Positions 33,519-43,003 of a stretch of 56,735 nucleotides of DNA are shown here, one piece after another. Each line of letters starts with the position of its first letter. Positions within the stretch are counted from its first letter, which is position 1. A program made the translations under genes and the position numbers. This stretch comes from Candidatus Dormiibacterota bacterium (GTDB lineage: Bacteria > Chloroflexota > Dormibacteria > Dormibacterales > Dormibacteraceae). The notes beneath the pieces are model-generated. The model was not told the origin of the DNA and searched no databases. It saw only the letters and a program-made list of their open reading frames with translations. The stretch spans positions 1 through 56,735 of the forward strand of contig DASYZS010000001.1 in NCBI GenBank assembly GCA_035945895.1, written 5' to 3'.

Positions 33519-36500
33519 TCGGGCGGTGCACCTCCGTACGGACACACCGCAGCGTGCGGGCAGGTTCCAAACCGCGTCACGCAGGTCCCGGCAAGCTCAC
33601 GCGGTGCGGGCTCGAAGTGGCCGGCCTTGATGCCCTCGATCGCCTTGACCACCACGGCACGGCTGCGCTCGAGGTCGTCTTCGGTCAAGGGCTTCTCGCG
33701 GTACTCCTTCAACCCCGCGGGCCGCCCGACGCTGAAGATGTCCTGTCGCATTCCACCCCAGACCCAGTCCTTCGGGTACCAGAGCGAAAGGAACCGCGGC
33801 TGGAACGCAAGCGGCTTGCCCTCGTCGTCCACCCCCTCTCTGCAGGCGAAGTAGTAGAGGGCGAGCTGAACGTCATGCAGCTCGGGGCCGAAGTACATCT
33901 CGTAGGCGAAGCGCATCGCCTTGCCGGCGCCCGTCTTGTAGTCGACGACCTCGACCTCGCCGTCGCCGACGTCATTGACACGGTCGATCTTCCCAACGAC
34001 CTCCGAGCCGTCGAGCCGGAGGTGGAAGCGTTTTTCGAGTGCGAGCGTGCGCAGGCGCCTGATGAACTGCAGTCCGGTAACAGCGCGGATGTAGTTGCCG
34101 AGCAACGACCGCACCTGTTTTTCCTCACGCTTGCGATCGAGCACGCCCTCCATTCGCGACAGGTAGCCGTCGAGGTGTCGCTGCAGCGCGTCCTCGAGCC
34201 ACGTCCGCTGCTGCTCGGCGTCGAGAGGTCGCCACTCGGTCTCGTGCTCGTGGAAGTCCTGGAGCACCTCGTGCAGAAAACCGCCTCGCTCCATCGCCAC
34301 CGAGCGAGGCTCCTCAACCAAGCGCGGATGGTGGTTGTACCAGTAGAGCCGCGGGCACTTCAGGTAGTCATTGAGCGTGGTGGGGCTGAAGTGGTCGACC
34401 TCGACCGAGTCGGGATTGCGTCCCGGCCCATACGGCTCGAACGGCTCGCCCGCCGACCGGTCGGCAAGAAACGCGAGGTCGAGCCCGAGCCGTGCGGCGC
34501 GCGCCACCACCTCCTCGTTCAGGGCGGACCGATGCGACGCGAGCAGGACCTCCGCCTCGCGCGGCAGCAGGACGTCGCCTGGTTCGAGGCGGGACGAGGC
34601 CCGCGTCAGCTCGCGTTCGGCGGCGTCGGGCTCGGCCATATCGAGAAACACCGAGCGGCCAGCCTGGCGGAGGTAGGCGTCCGCGTAAGTGAGGTAGAGC
34701 CGCCGGCGGGCCCTTGTCAGGGCCACGAAAGCGAGCCGTGCCTCCTCTGCGAGATGGCCGTCCGGGTCGGACGGCCACGACGGCATGAATCCGACCTTGA
34801 ATCTCTCGAGCCAGGCCCGGTCGTCCGCGTCGAGCAGCGGGTGCGGCCGAGCCTCGAGCGGAAAAAGGCCATGCGCAAAGCCTGAACAGAAGACGACGTC
34901 GAACTCCAGGCCTTTGGCCTGGTGCACAGTCATCACCTGGACCGCGTCGCGACGGCCTTCCGCCGCCTCGGTGTCATCCGCCGCCGACGCGAGAAGGCTT
35001 TCAAGCGAACCACCCAGGTCGGCGAGCAGCGGCTTGGACCCGTGGAGCCGTTCGTGCACCGCCTCGATCGACTCCAGTCCCTCCATGGCGGCGCGCAGGT
35101 CGGCGATCGCCTCTGCCCGCTGCTCCTCCGAAGCATCGAGGTCGAGGAGGCGGCGCATCGCACCGTCCTCGATCAGCACCGAGTAGGCAAGAGCTGCCAG
35201 CGGCAGCCTTGCCGCCCGCGCGAGCACTCGCTGCCGCGACTGCATCCATGCGTGGAGGCTTTCGAGCTCGGCTTCATCGAGGAACGGCATGTAGTCCGGC
35301 GTGGAGGGCTCCTCACCGACCTCGCCGCCCCACGGCAGCGGGTAGAGCAGCGGGTTGCGCGCGGCGAGGATATACATGAGGCGCCGCACGACCTTGATTA
35401 GCGGACGTCCGCGCTGCGTCGCGTAGACGCGCAGGCGGCTGACTGTGCGCGGACCGACGCCGCCGAGGGTCGACGCCAACGCGCTCTCGAACGCATCCGC
35501 ATCGTCCGGACTGCGCAGCGACTCGAGGTAGCCGATGAGAAACCTCACCACCTCGTTGCGGGCGGTCGCGCCCCAGCCCCGCACCTCATAAGGAATGTCG
35601 AGGGCGCGCAGCGCCTCTTCGAAAGGAGCGCCCAACGCTGTGGTGCTGCGGAGCACGATGGCGACGTCACGCCATCTCAGGTCCGGCCAGTCGGTGCGCA
35701 AGCGCTTGATCTCGCGCGCGCAGAAGAAAGCTTCATCGACCGGATCGGATTCGCGCGCAACGACGACCGCGTCCGCGCCCGACCGCGATGAATCGGAGAT
35801 CAGAGCGCGCGGCAAGCGTCCCGGTTGAGTGGCCACCAGCAATCGCTCACCGGCATCCAGCGCTTCCTGCGAACAGCGACGGCAGACCTCGAGCTGCAGC
35901 GTCCTCGCGCCGTACACGGCGACGAAGTCGTGACTGAGCAACCGCGGGACCGTTCCGCGGAACCCGTAGATCGACTGGTCCGGATCTCCCACCACCACCA
36001 ACCGTGGATGCGACTCGGGTGGCGCGAGGAGCTTCAGCAGCTCGAACTGGGCCGGGTCGACGTCCTGGAACTCATCGACCAGGACCAGCCGAAACTGCGC
36101 GCGCAGGCGGGCCTGCACCGCAGGGTTTGATTGCAGCAGCTCGATCGCACCGGAGATCAGGTCGCGAAAGTCGAGCAGGCGCGCCGATTGCATCCGGTAC
36201 TGATACGCCTGATAGACCGAGGCGAGCACGCGCAGCCGGTCGGTCGCGCTGGCTTCGGCGGCCAGCTGCAGCGCGGCAGGATGCACCAGGTTCTGCTTCA
36301 TCAGCGCGACGAAACCAAGCAGGTCACGCGCGAACGCGTCGGAGCGGCGTACCCCCTCGAGTGACCCCAGCAGCGATGCATCGAGTCCGGCCACGACGTC
36401 CCGCATGACGATGCCTTCCTGGAAGCCGTTCAGCAGAAGGCGCTCGCGGTCGGGATCGTTGTCGCGCAGCAAGCGCGCGCAGAAGCTGTGAAAGGTGGAG

Positions 36501-36733
36501 ATCCAAGCCTCGCCGTAGTCGTCCTGCAGGCGCTCGTCGATGCGCCGAGAGATCTCGCCGGCAGCGCTCGTGGAGAAGGTGAGCACGAGGACCTGGTCGC
36601 GCGCAGCCACGCCCGCACGGACCGCCTGCTCGTATAGGTCGACGAGCGCACGCGTCTTGCCCGTGCCCGGTCCGGCCAGCACGCGAAGCGGTCCCTGAAT
36701 TTCGTCGATCTTGAGATGGACGTCGAGTGGCAC
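33515..36733 (-). CDS. UvrD-type helicase fused to a C-terminal PD-(D/E)XK nuclease (AdnA/AddB-like subunit)
   Basis: Preferred start is GTG 36733, with AAGGAG (36744-36739, minus sense) 5 nt upstream. Walker A AGPGTGKT, DEFQDVD, nuclease VVDYKTG, and C-terminal CVTRFGTCPHAAVC. The track ORF start (37120) overlaps the divergent gene. Confidence 0.85.
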   Translation of the reverse strand: MPLDVHLKIDEIQGPLRVLAGPGTGKTRALVDLYEQAVRAGVAARDQVLVLTFSTSAAGEISRRIDERLQDDYGEAWISTFHSFCARLLRDNDPDRERLLLNGFQEGIVMRDVVAGLDASLLGSLEGVRRSDAFARDLLGFVALMKQNLVHPAALQLAAEASATDRLRVLASVYQAYQYRMQSARLLDFRDLISGAIELLQSNPAVQARLRAQFRLVLVDEFQDVDPAQFELLKLLAPPESHPRLVVVGDPDQSIYGFRGTVPRLLSHDFVAVYGARTLQLEVCRRCSQEALDAGERLLVATQPGRLPRALISDSSRSGADAVVVARESDPVDEAFFCAREIKRLRTDWPDLRWRDVAIVLRSTTALGAPFEEALRALDIPYEVRGWGATARNEVVRFLIGYLESLRSPDDADAFESALASTLGGVGPRTVSRLRVYATQRGRPLIKVVRRLMYILAARNPLLYPLPWGGEVGEEPSTPDYMPFLDEAELESLHAWMQSRQRVLARAARLPLAALAYSVLIEDGAMRRLLDLDASEEQRAEAIADLRAAMEGLESIEAVHERLHGSKPLLADLGGSLESLLASAADDTEAAEGRRDAVQVMTVHQAKGLEFDVVFCSGFAHGLFPLEARPHPLLDADDRAWLERFKVGFMPSWPSDPDGHLAEEARLAFVALTRARRRLYLTYADAYLRQAGRSVFLDMAEPDAAERELTRASSRLEPGDVLLPREAEVLLASHRSALNEEVVARAARLGLDLAFLADRSAGEPFEPYGPGRNPDSVEVDHFSPTTLNDYLKCPRLYWYNHHPRLVEEPRSVAMERGGFLHEVLQDFHEHETEWRPLDAEQQRTWLEDALQRHLDGYLSRMEGVLDRKREEKQVRSLLGNYIRAVTGLQFIRRLRTLALEKRFHLRLDGSEVVGKIDRVNDVGDGEVEVVDYKTGAGKAMRFAYEMYFGPELHDVQLALYYFACREGVDDEGKPLAFQPRFLSLWYPKDWVWGGMRQDIFSVGRPAGLKEYREKPLTEDDLERSRAVVVKAIEGIKAGHFEPAPRELAGTCVTRFGTCPHAAVCPYGGAPPE

Positions 36734-36853
36734 GGGGGCTCCTTGTGGCGGCGGGCGAGACCTGATTATGCGGGCCCTCGGCTCCTCGACGTAATCCCGG
36801 CTGTTAAGGACGGCCACCATGCCGCCGGGCAGGCTGGTTACATTCGGGAGCGC

Positions 36854-38338
36854 ATGGCCGCCTTGCGTCTGACGAGCAGCTGGCGGACGTGGGCGGCGCC
36901 CGCAGCCGTTGGGCTCCTCACGATCCTGGCGCATCTGCCTTCGTTTCTGCATCGTCTGATGGACGGCGACGAAGCGGTCTACGGATCGATCGCGGTGCTG
37001 ATGAACATGGGCGGCGACCTTTACGGCGCGGGTGGCGTGGACAACAAACCGCCCGGCGTGTTCTGGATCTACGCGCTGACCTTTCGCGTGTTCGGTGCCT
37101 ACCAGATGACCGCCATCCACGCCATCGCGTTCATCGCGATGGGCGCGACCTGCGCGATCTTGTTTTTCATTGCCCGCTCAGTCGCGGGCGATAGCGCCGG
37201 AGTGCTCGCGGCGCTCATCTACGGAGTGCTCACCGCCGCTGGAAATCCGCGGCTGCTCGCGGCCAACACCGAGATCTTCATGATGCTGGCGCTCAGCGCC
37301 TCGGTCTTCTTGATGCTCCGCCGGCGTTGGTTCTGGTGCGGATTGCTCATCGTCGCCGCGGGCGGCTTTCGCCAGTCGGCCGCGGTCAACGTGTTGCTCG
37401 CCGCACTTGCGGTTTTCTGGCTCGAACCGGCGACGTCGCGAACGCGCACATTCCTCTTTCTGTTTGGTGGGATCGTCGCCGGGCTGGTGGCGGGCGCGAC
37501 GCTGATGGCGCTTACTGGCTCGCTCGCCGGATTCTGGCGATGGACCATTCAGACGCTGGTCGGATACGCGTCGGCGAGCTGGTCGTCCTCTTACTGGTGG
37601 AGTCGGGCGAAGGACAGCATCGTGCCTTTCGTCCTCGATGGGGGCGTCATATGGATCGCGGCGCTCGCGCTGGTCGCGCGGTGGCGTTCGCTGGCCGTCC
37701 AGGTCCGTCTGATGGTCGTGTGGCTCGTCGTGGCGATGGCCGGTTCACTCGCGGGCGGGCATCTTTCGTGGCATTACTTCATCCAGGCGATGGGCCCGCT
37801 AGCGGTGCTCGCGGCGCTCGCCTTCGACAGCTTTCAGTTGCGGCGGGCTGTGGCTTCAGCCGCGGTCGTAGGCATAGCCCTGCCCGCGGTCGCCTGGTGG
37901 ACGTTCGATGTCACGGCCGACCCTTTGACTTACGACTTCAGCCCACCGCCAGTGCCCGAGCATCAAAGCGTGTCGGCGTACATCGCGGCACACACATTGC
38001 CATCCGACCGCATCTTCATATGGGGCGACTGGCCGGCGCTGTACGTCGAATCAGACCGCACGATGGCGGGAAGATTTCCGGGCTTCCTGCGGGGATTCGA
38101 CCGTGGCTCGAACCTGCCGCCGCGAAACTGGGACACCGCGCCGGATGTCTGGCCACTTCTCGAGTCCGACCTCGAGGCCCATCCACCGACGCTGATCGTC
38201 GACACGGCGGCCGCGGGATGGAGCGACTTCGCGAAATACCCGATGACCGACTACCCGGTCCTCGCCAACCTCGTCGCCTCGCGGTATCACCCGATGGCCA
38301 CCGTCGACGGCGTCGTGATCTACGCGCGCAACCCCTAA
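36854..38338 (+). CDS. GT39/ArnT-PMT-like membrane glycosyltransferase
   Basis: ATG 36854 is preceded by GGGAG. About 11 helices, with an early loop DGDEAVYG (a DE motif typical of GT-C enzymes). Confidence 0.7.
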   Translation: MAALRLTSSWRTWAAPAAVGLLTILAHLPSFLHRLMDGDEAVYGSIAVLMNMGGDLYGAGGVDNKPPGVFWIYALTFRVFGAYQMTAIHAIAFIAMGATCAILFFIARSVAGDSAGVLAALIYGVLTAAGNPRLLAANTEIFMMLALSASVFLMLRRRWFWCGLLIVAAGGFRQSAAVNVLLAALAVFWLEPATSRTRTFLFLFGGIVAGLVAGATLMALTGSLAGFWRWTIQTLVGYASASWSSSYWWSRAKDSIVPFVLDGGVIWIAALALVARWRSLAVQVRLMVVWLVVAMAGSLAGGHLSWHYFIQAMGPLAVLAALAFDSFQLRRAVASAAVVGIALPAVAWWTFDVTADPLTYDFSPPPVPEHQSVSAYIAAHTLPSDRIFIWGDWPALYVESDRTMAGRFPGFLRGFDRGSNLPPRNWDTAPDVWPLLESDLEAHPPTLIVDTAAAGWSDFAKYPMTDYPVLANLVASRYHPMATVDGVVIYARNP

Positions 38339-38955
38339 GCCGGCGCCTGTGGCGGACGCCGTGGGCGCTTGATCTCGAGGATGCGAGGCTCGTCCGCGGC
38401 GATCCCGACCAGCCGGTCGAAGACCTCGACCGCGGCGCCGCCGGTCACCGGTTCGGCGAGGCGCACGTACGCCGCTGCGCCGTCGGCGAAGAGAAACGTG
38501 GGCGTGCCGAAGACCCCGTGCTCGTCCACCGCCTGACCATGATCGCGTGCCAGCGCGTTCAGGAGGTCAGGCGCGCTGAGGTCGCTCCGGAAACGCTCGA
38601 GGTTGAGGCCGGCGTCTGCAGCGACGCGCTCGACGACGGCCGGGTCGTCGAGGTCGAGGCGGTCTCGGTGGCGGGCTTCGAGGAGCGGCATGTGGACGTC
38701 TTCGAAGCGGCCCTGCCGGCGAGCGGCCTCCGCCGCCTGAAACGCCGTCCGGCCTTTCACACGCTCTGCTGCCGGCGCACCCCAGACGGTCCAACCGTCA
38801 TCCTTGGAATTCACCTGCGTGAGTGAGAAGTACCGCCAGCGGACGTCGATCGGCCGGGCGCCTGACAACCGCACCGCCTCCAGCATGCCCGCCACGCGGT
38901 AGACGAACGGACACTGGTAGTCGAAGAAGACCTCGAAGGTGATTGGCGCCGCCAC
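38335..38955 (-). CDS. DsbA-like thioredoxin-fold protein (monothiol CPFV variant)
   Basis: GTG 38955. FFDYQCPFVY stands where DsbA-family proteins carry CxxC. FGTPTFLF is near the C-terminus. Confidence 0.7.
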   Translation of the reverse strand: MAAPITFEVFFDYQCPFVYRVAGMLEAVRLSGARPIDVRWRYFSLTQVNSKDDGWTVWGAPAAERVKGRTAFQAAEAARRQGRFEDVHMPLLEARHRDRLDLDDPAVVERVAADAGLNLERFRSDLSAPDLLNALARDHGQAVDEHGVFGTPTFLFADGAAAYVRLAEPVTGGAAVEVFDRLVGIAADEPRILEIKRPRRPPQAPA

Positions 38956-39010
38956 TCGAAAAGTTCCAACGCGTGTCCGCCTGACGCGTATTCCAGACAG
39001 CTGGTCGTGG

Positions 39011-39568
39011 ATGTGGCCCGACGTGCTGGTCCGGCTGGCGCCTTTCACTCTCGCGTACGCCTTCGCCTACAGGGTCAGCGGGCACGCTTCCTGGCTCGGA
39101 CTCGAGAGCGGCGACCTTCTCGCGCAGGTCGTCTTCGCGGTGGTCGGGGTTCCGGTGATGTTCGTGGCCGCGGTCGCGTTCCAGCTGCGGCTCACCCGGA
39201 GGCGGGGCGCGTTGAACGTGCCCGCGGACGGCGCTGACGCCTGGTTCCAGGGCGCGTTCTATCTCGTCAACGGGCCGGTGGAGGAGGCGTTCTTCCGCGG
39301 CCTGATGCAGGGCGGGCTGTCGGTGCTGTGGGGAGCGCCGGCCGGCTTTGCCGTCGCCACCGTCATCTACGTCGTTTATCACCGGCTCGGTCAGTGGCCG
39401 TGGTCGGAGACGCTTGCGACCGCCCTGTTGGGCGTCCCGATGGGCCTCGCCTTCTGGCTCCTCCCCGGTCCTCCCTCGCTGCTCGGCGTTTCGCTCGTCC
39501 ACATCGCGGCGACGTGCGGATTTCTCGGTCCGGGACCCTATCTCCTGCGGAAGCTGCGGCTGCTGTAG
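39011..39568 (+). CDS. CPBP (CAAX) family intramembrane glutamic protease
   Basis: EEAFFRG motif 1 and a later H-containing helix (VHIAATCGF). Start at ATG 39011. Confidence 0.8.
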   Translation: MWPDVLVRLAPFTLAYAFAYRVSGHASWLGLESGDLLAQVVFAVVGVPVMFVAAVAFQLRLTRRRGALNVPADGADAWFQGAFYLVNGPVEEAFFRGLMQGGLSVLWGAPAGFAVATVIYVVYHRLGQWPWSETLATALLGVPMGLAFWLLPGPPSLLGVSLVHIAATCGFLGPGPYLLRKLRLL

Positions 39569-40744
39569 GTGATCTCGCTCGACCGGCGGCAAACGGTGAT
39601 CCTCGTCTGGGCCGGCATCGCATTGATCTTCACCAACTTCGAGGGCAACATCCTCATCCTCGCCCTGCCCGCGATCGCGAGGGAGTTCCACGCCGGCACA
39701 CTCTCGCTTTCTGAGCTTGGCTCGGTTCTCACCTTCGGCACTCTCGGAGCACTGCCCCTTGCCACCCTCGCAGATCGTTTCGGGCGCCGTCGCATGATCG
39801 CGGTGGGCGTCGCCGGATCCTCACTGGTCAACGTTGTCAGCGCGTTCGCCCCTTCGCTCGCCGAACTCGCCTTGCTGAGGTTGTTCGCCGTGACGTTCGA
39901 GGTGCTGGTCGTCGCGGTCGTGACCGCGCTGATAGTCGAGGAGGCGCCTGTCGAGCGCCGCGGCACCGCGGTGAGCCTGGTCGCGCTTCTGTCGGGCATT
40001 GGCATCTTCGTCGTCGTGGTCGCTTACCCGCTCATCGCGCCGCACTGGCGGTGGCTCTTCTACGCCACCGGAAGCGGCCTTCTCCTCTCTCCTTTTATCT
40101 GGTGGCTTCTGCCGGAAAGCCGGGCGTGGGAGCACGTGCACGTCACGCGGTCCGCGATCCGTGTGCTGCTCGAGCGCCCGTGGCGCCGGCGCATCGTGGT
40201 CCTGGCCTCGATGACAGGGCTGCTGGCGGTGCTTCTGCAACCGGCAGGCCTGCTCTACACGGTCTTCGCTTCCTTCAATCTGAAGTGGTCACCGGCGGCG
40301 ATCAGCGCCCTCATCGTGGTCAGCGGCGTCGCGGGCGCGGCCAGCTACCTCGCCGGAGGCTATCTCACCGACCGCTTTGGCCGGCGCGGACCGGCCATCG
40401 CCTTGACGGTTGCGACCGCGGCCGCGACGAGCCTCAGCTTCGCCACCGGCTCGGTCGGTTTTTTCATCGGCAACGTGCTGTGGAGCGCGTTCGCGAGCGC
40501 CAACACGCCCGTGTTCGGGGCATGGTCGGGGGAGCTGTTCCCGACGCGCGCGCGAGCCACGGCCGAGGCCTCGATCGCGGTGTTGGCGGCCATCGGAGGC
40601 ATCGCCGGGCTTCAGCTCGTCGGCTTTCTCGCGTCTTCCGCGGGCCTTGGCGGTGCGATCGAGCTTGGCGCGGTCGCGGCCATTGCGGGAGCGCTGCTGC
40701 TGTTCCTTTTGCCGGAGACCAAGCAGCAACCGCTTCCGGAGTAG
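39569..40744 (+). CDS. MFS transporter (12-TMS)
   Basis: GTG directly abuts the CPBP stop. MFS loop LADRFGRRRM. Confidence 0.85.
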   Translation: MISLDRRQTVILVWAGIALIFTNFEGNILILALPAIAREFHAGTLSLSELGSVLTFGTLGALPLATLADRFGRRRMIAVGVAGSSLVNVVSAFAPSLAELALLRLFAVTFEVLVVAVVTALIVEEAPVERRGTAVSLVALLSGIGIFVVVVAYPLIAPHWRWLFYATGSGLLLSPFIWWLLPESRAWEHVHVTRSAIRVLLERPWRRRIVVLASMTGLLAVLLQPAGLLYTVFASFNLKWSPAAISALIVVSGVAGAASYLAGGYLTDRFGRRGPAIALTVATAAATSLSFATGSVGFFIGNVLWSAFASANTPVFGAWSGELFPTRARATAEASIAVLAAIGGIAGLQLVGFLASSAGLGGAIELGAVAAIAGALLLFLLPETKQQPLPE

Positions 40745-40756
40745 GGTTCGACGGTA

Positions 40757-42208
40757 GTGGCCTTGGACCGACGGATGTTCATCGACGGCAAGTGGGTCGA
40801 GTCGGAATCTGGCGAGCATTTCGACGCCGACAGCCCGGCGACCGGCGAGATCATCGGCCAGGTTCCAAAAGGCACTCGGGCGGATGCACAGCGAGCGATC
40901 GAGGCGGCGCACCGGGCGAGGCGGGAGATGTCAAGGCTCAAGGGCTTCGAGCGCTCGAAGAGACTGCACGCCATAGCGGATGAGATCGAGAGGCGCAGCG
41001 AGGAGATCGCGCGACTTCTCACCCTCGACCAGGGCAAGCCGCTCAAGACCGAGGCCGTCGCCGAGGTCGGTGAAGCGATCGACTACTTCCGCATCGCAGC
41101 CGAGGACCTGAAGCGGCTCGAGGGCCGCGTCCTTCCGTCCGCGAGTCCCTCCAAACTCGTGCTGGCGCGTCATTACCCGCTCGGTGTGTACGGGTTCATC
41201 ACGCCCTGGAACTGGCCACTGACCCTCGCGGCCGAGCTCATCGCGCCTGCGATTGCCGCCGGAAACACCGTCGTCTGGAATCCAGCGTCGTCGACGAGCG
41301 TGATCTCGGTCGCGATGATGGAATGCATCGCGGTCGCTGATCTCCCCGCCGGCGTGGTCAACCTGGTGACCGGACCGGGTGCCGACGTGGGAGATGAGAT
41401 CGCGGGCCATCCCCTGGTCGACGGGGTGGGCTTTGTGGGCTCGACCGAAACCGGCGCATCGGTCGCCGCGCGCGCCGCGGGCAAGCACCTACTGCTCGAG
41501 CTCGGCGGCAATGGCCCGCTGGTGGTGTTCGCAGACGCGGATCTCGGCGGGGCCGTGGAAGGCGTGATCCTCGGGTGTTACCTCTGCGCCGGACAGAGCA
41601 GCACCGCGGGTGAGCGCATCCTGGTCGAGGAGCCGATCCGGGATGAGTTCGTGGCGCGACTCGCCGACGCAGCTCGGGCGCTGCGACTCGGCGACCCTTT
41701 CGACGAAGCGACGACGCTCGGCCCTCTCAACAACGAGGGCGTGGCCAACAAGATGGACCAGCACATCGCGGACGCGCTGAAACATGGAGCGAAGCTGGTC
41801 CTCGGTGGAGAGAGGGCCAAGGGCTTCCCGACGCGCCTCTACTACCACGCGACCATCCTCGACGGGGTCGAGCCCGACATGCGCGTGAGCCGCGAGGAGA
41901 CGTTCGGCCCGATCGCACCGATCATCAAGTTCGCGGACGAGCAACAGGCGCTCGAGCTCGCCAACGACTCTCCGTACGGACTCGTCGGCGCCGTGTACAC
42001 AAAGGATCTCTCGCGGGCGCTTCGCTTCGCCGACGCCCTGGATACCGGCTGGGTGAACGTCAACGAGTCCACCAACTACTGGGAAGCGCACCTGCCCTTC
42101 GGTGGGCGCGCCGGTAAGAAGAGCGGCATTGGCCGGGTGGGCGGGCGCTTCGCCCTGGAGGAGATGACCGACCTGAAGACCATCGTGATCGAGGTTTCCG
42201 CCGAGTGA
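40757..42208 (+). CDS. NAD(P)-dependent aldehyde dehydrogenase
   Basis: FITPWNWP, glutamate-site context ELGGNGP (catalytic Glu), catalytic-Cys context GQSSTAG, and EETFGP. Confidence 0.9.
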   Translation: MALDRRMFIDGKWVESESGEHFDADSPATGEIIGQVPKGTRADAQRAIEAAHRARREMSRLKGFERSKRLHAIADEIERRSEEIARLLTLDQGKPLKTEAVAEVGEAIDYFRIAAEDLKRLEGRVLPSASPSKLVLARHYPLGVYGFITPWNWPLTLAAELIAPAIAAGNTVVWNPASSTSVISVAMMECIAVADLPAGVVNLVTGPGADVGDEIAGHPLVDGVGFVGSTETGASVAARAAGKHLLLELGGNGPLVVFADADLGGAVEGVILGCYLCAGQSSTAGERILVEEPIRDEFVARLADAARALRLGDPFDEATTLGPLNNEGVANKMDQHIADALKHGAKLVLGGERAKGFPTRLYYHATILDGVEPDMRVSREETFGPIAPIIKFADEQQALELANDSPYGLVGAVYTKDLSRALRFADALDTGWVNVNESTNYWEAHLPFGGRAGKKSGIGRVGGRFALEEMTDLKTIVIEVSAE

Positions 42209-42813
42209 CGGACACCGAGAAAAAACGCGGGCGGCCCGCCGTCGACGAGAACTGGCGCCGGACGCAGCAGGGGCTCACGCAACTCTTCGACGTGATCACG
42301 CCGTGGCTCATGGACCTGGGGAACTGGATCTTCGGCGCGCTGATCGCATTCAACCTGCTGATCCTCGGCGTGGTCCTGACCATCGGGCCGGTCGACGTCG
42401 CCGTGAAGATCGCAACGGCGGCGTTCGCGGCGGCCCTTCCACCGAACGTGGTCGGGTTCGTGCTCCTTCGCGTCGCGGATGACATGCGCAAGATCCGCAT
42501 TCGGGAGTCGGCCGCGCAGGCGTTTCAGGACGCCGGCTTCAAGGTCGAGGAAATCCCGGACCCCAAAGCGATGGAGAGGCAGCTTGGTCAGCGCACCCTG
42601 ATGTACACGTACAGCCTGATGACGCTGACTCTGCTGCTCACCCTCATCGGTCTTTTCGCCGCCCTGTGGCACAGCGCCTGGTGGATCGCCCTCGTGTTCC
42701 TCGCGATGCTCGGCCTCAGCCAGGTCGTCATGGTGGCGGCGCTGTCCGGCGTGGGCGGGGGCCAGAGATGGCGCGCGCCTCGCGCCGAGCCCGAGCCACC
42801 GAAACCGGGCTAG
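42205..42813 (+). CDS. hypothetical membrane protein (4 helices)
   Basis: GTGA overlap with the ALDH stop. Two helix pairs flank a soluble loop. No family recognised. Confidence 0.5.
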   Translation: MTDTEKKRGRPAVDENWRRTQQGLTQLFDVITPWLMDLGNWIFGALIAFNLLILGVVLTIGPVDVAVKIATAAFAAALPPNVVGFVLLRVADDMRKIRIRESAAQAFQDAGFKVEEIPDPKAMERQLGQRTLMYTYSLMTLTLLLTLIGLFAALWHSAWWIALVFLAMLGLSQVVMVAALSGVGGGQRWRAPRAEPEPPKPG

Positions 42814-42819
42814 AGGCGC

Positions 42820-42990
42820 GGCCGAAAACCGGCGCCGAGAGATTCGGCGATCCAGGTGGTCCAGATGCGGGTGAAGCGACGAGCAGCGGAGCGAATGCAT
42901 CTGAATGACTGCATGAGCGAGCAGCGCAGGAGCTGAACCCGCAGATGGGCTGCATTGGGCGCCGAAGCTCCGGCGACGGGTTTTCCGGCC
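42820..42990. other. non-coding convergent spacer bracketed by an imperfect ~19-nt inverted repeat
   Basis: GGCCGAAAACCGGCGCCG (42820-42837) pairs with CGGCGACGGGTTTTCCGGCC (42971-42990). Internal stems include CGCCGA/TCGGCG and GCGGGT/ACCCGC. No convincing ORF. Confidence 0.3.
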
Positions 42991-43003
42991 GAGCCTCCTG
43001 GCC

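Noticed and set aside
36734-37120. Upstream 129 codons of the 1201-aa helicase ORF
   Set aside because: It overlaps the divergent glycosyltransferase gene. A GTG with a perfect AAGGAG at 5-nt spacing sits just before the conserved helicase N-terminus.
38798-39691. 297-aa minus-strand ORF
   Set aside because: It is antisense to the CPBP protease gene (EEAFFRG on the + strand) and is extremely Arg/Glu/Pro/His-rich.
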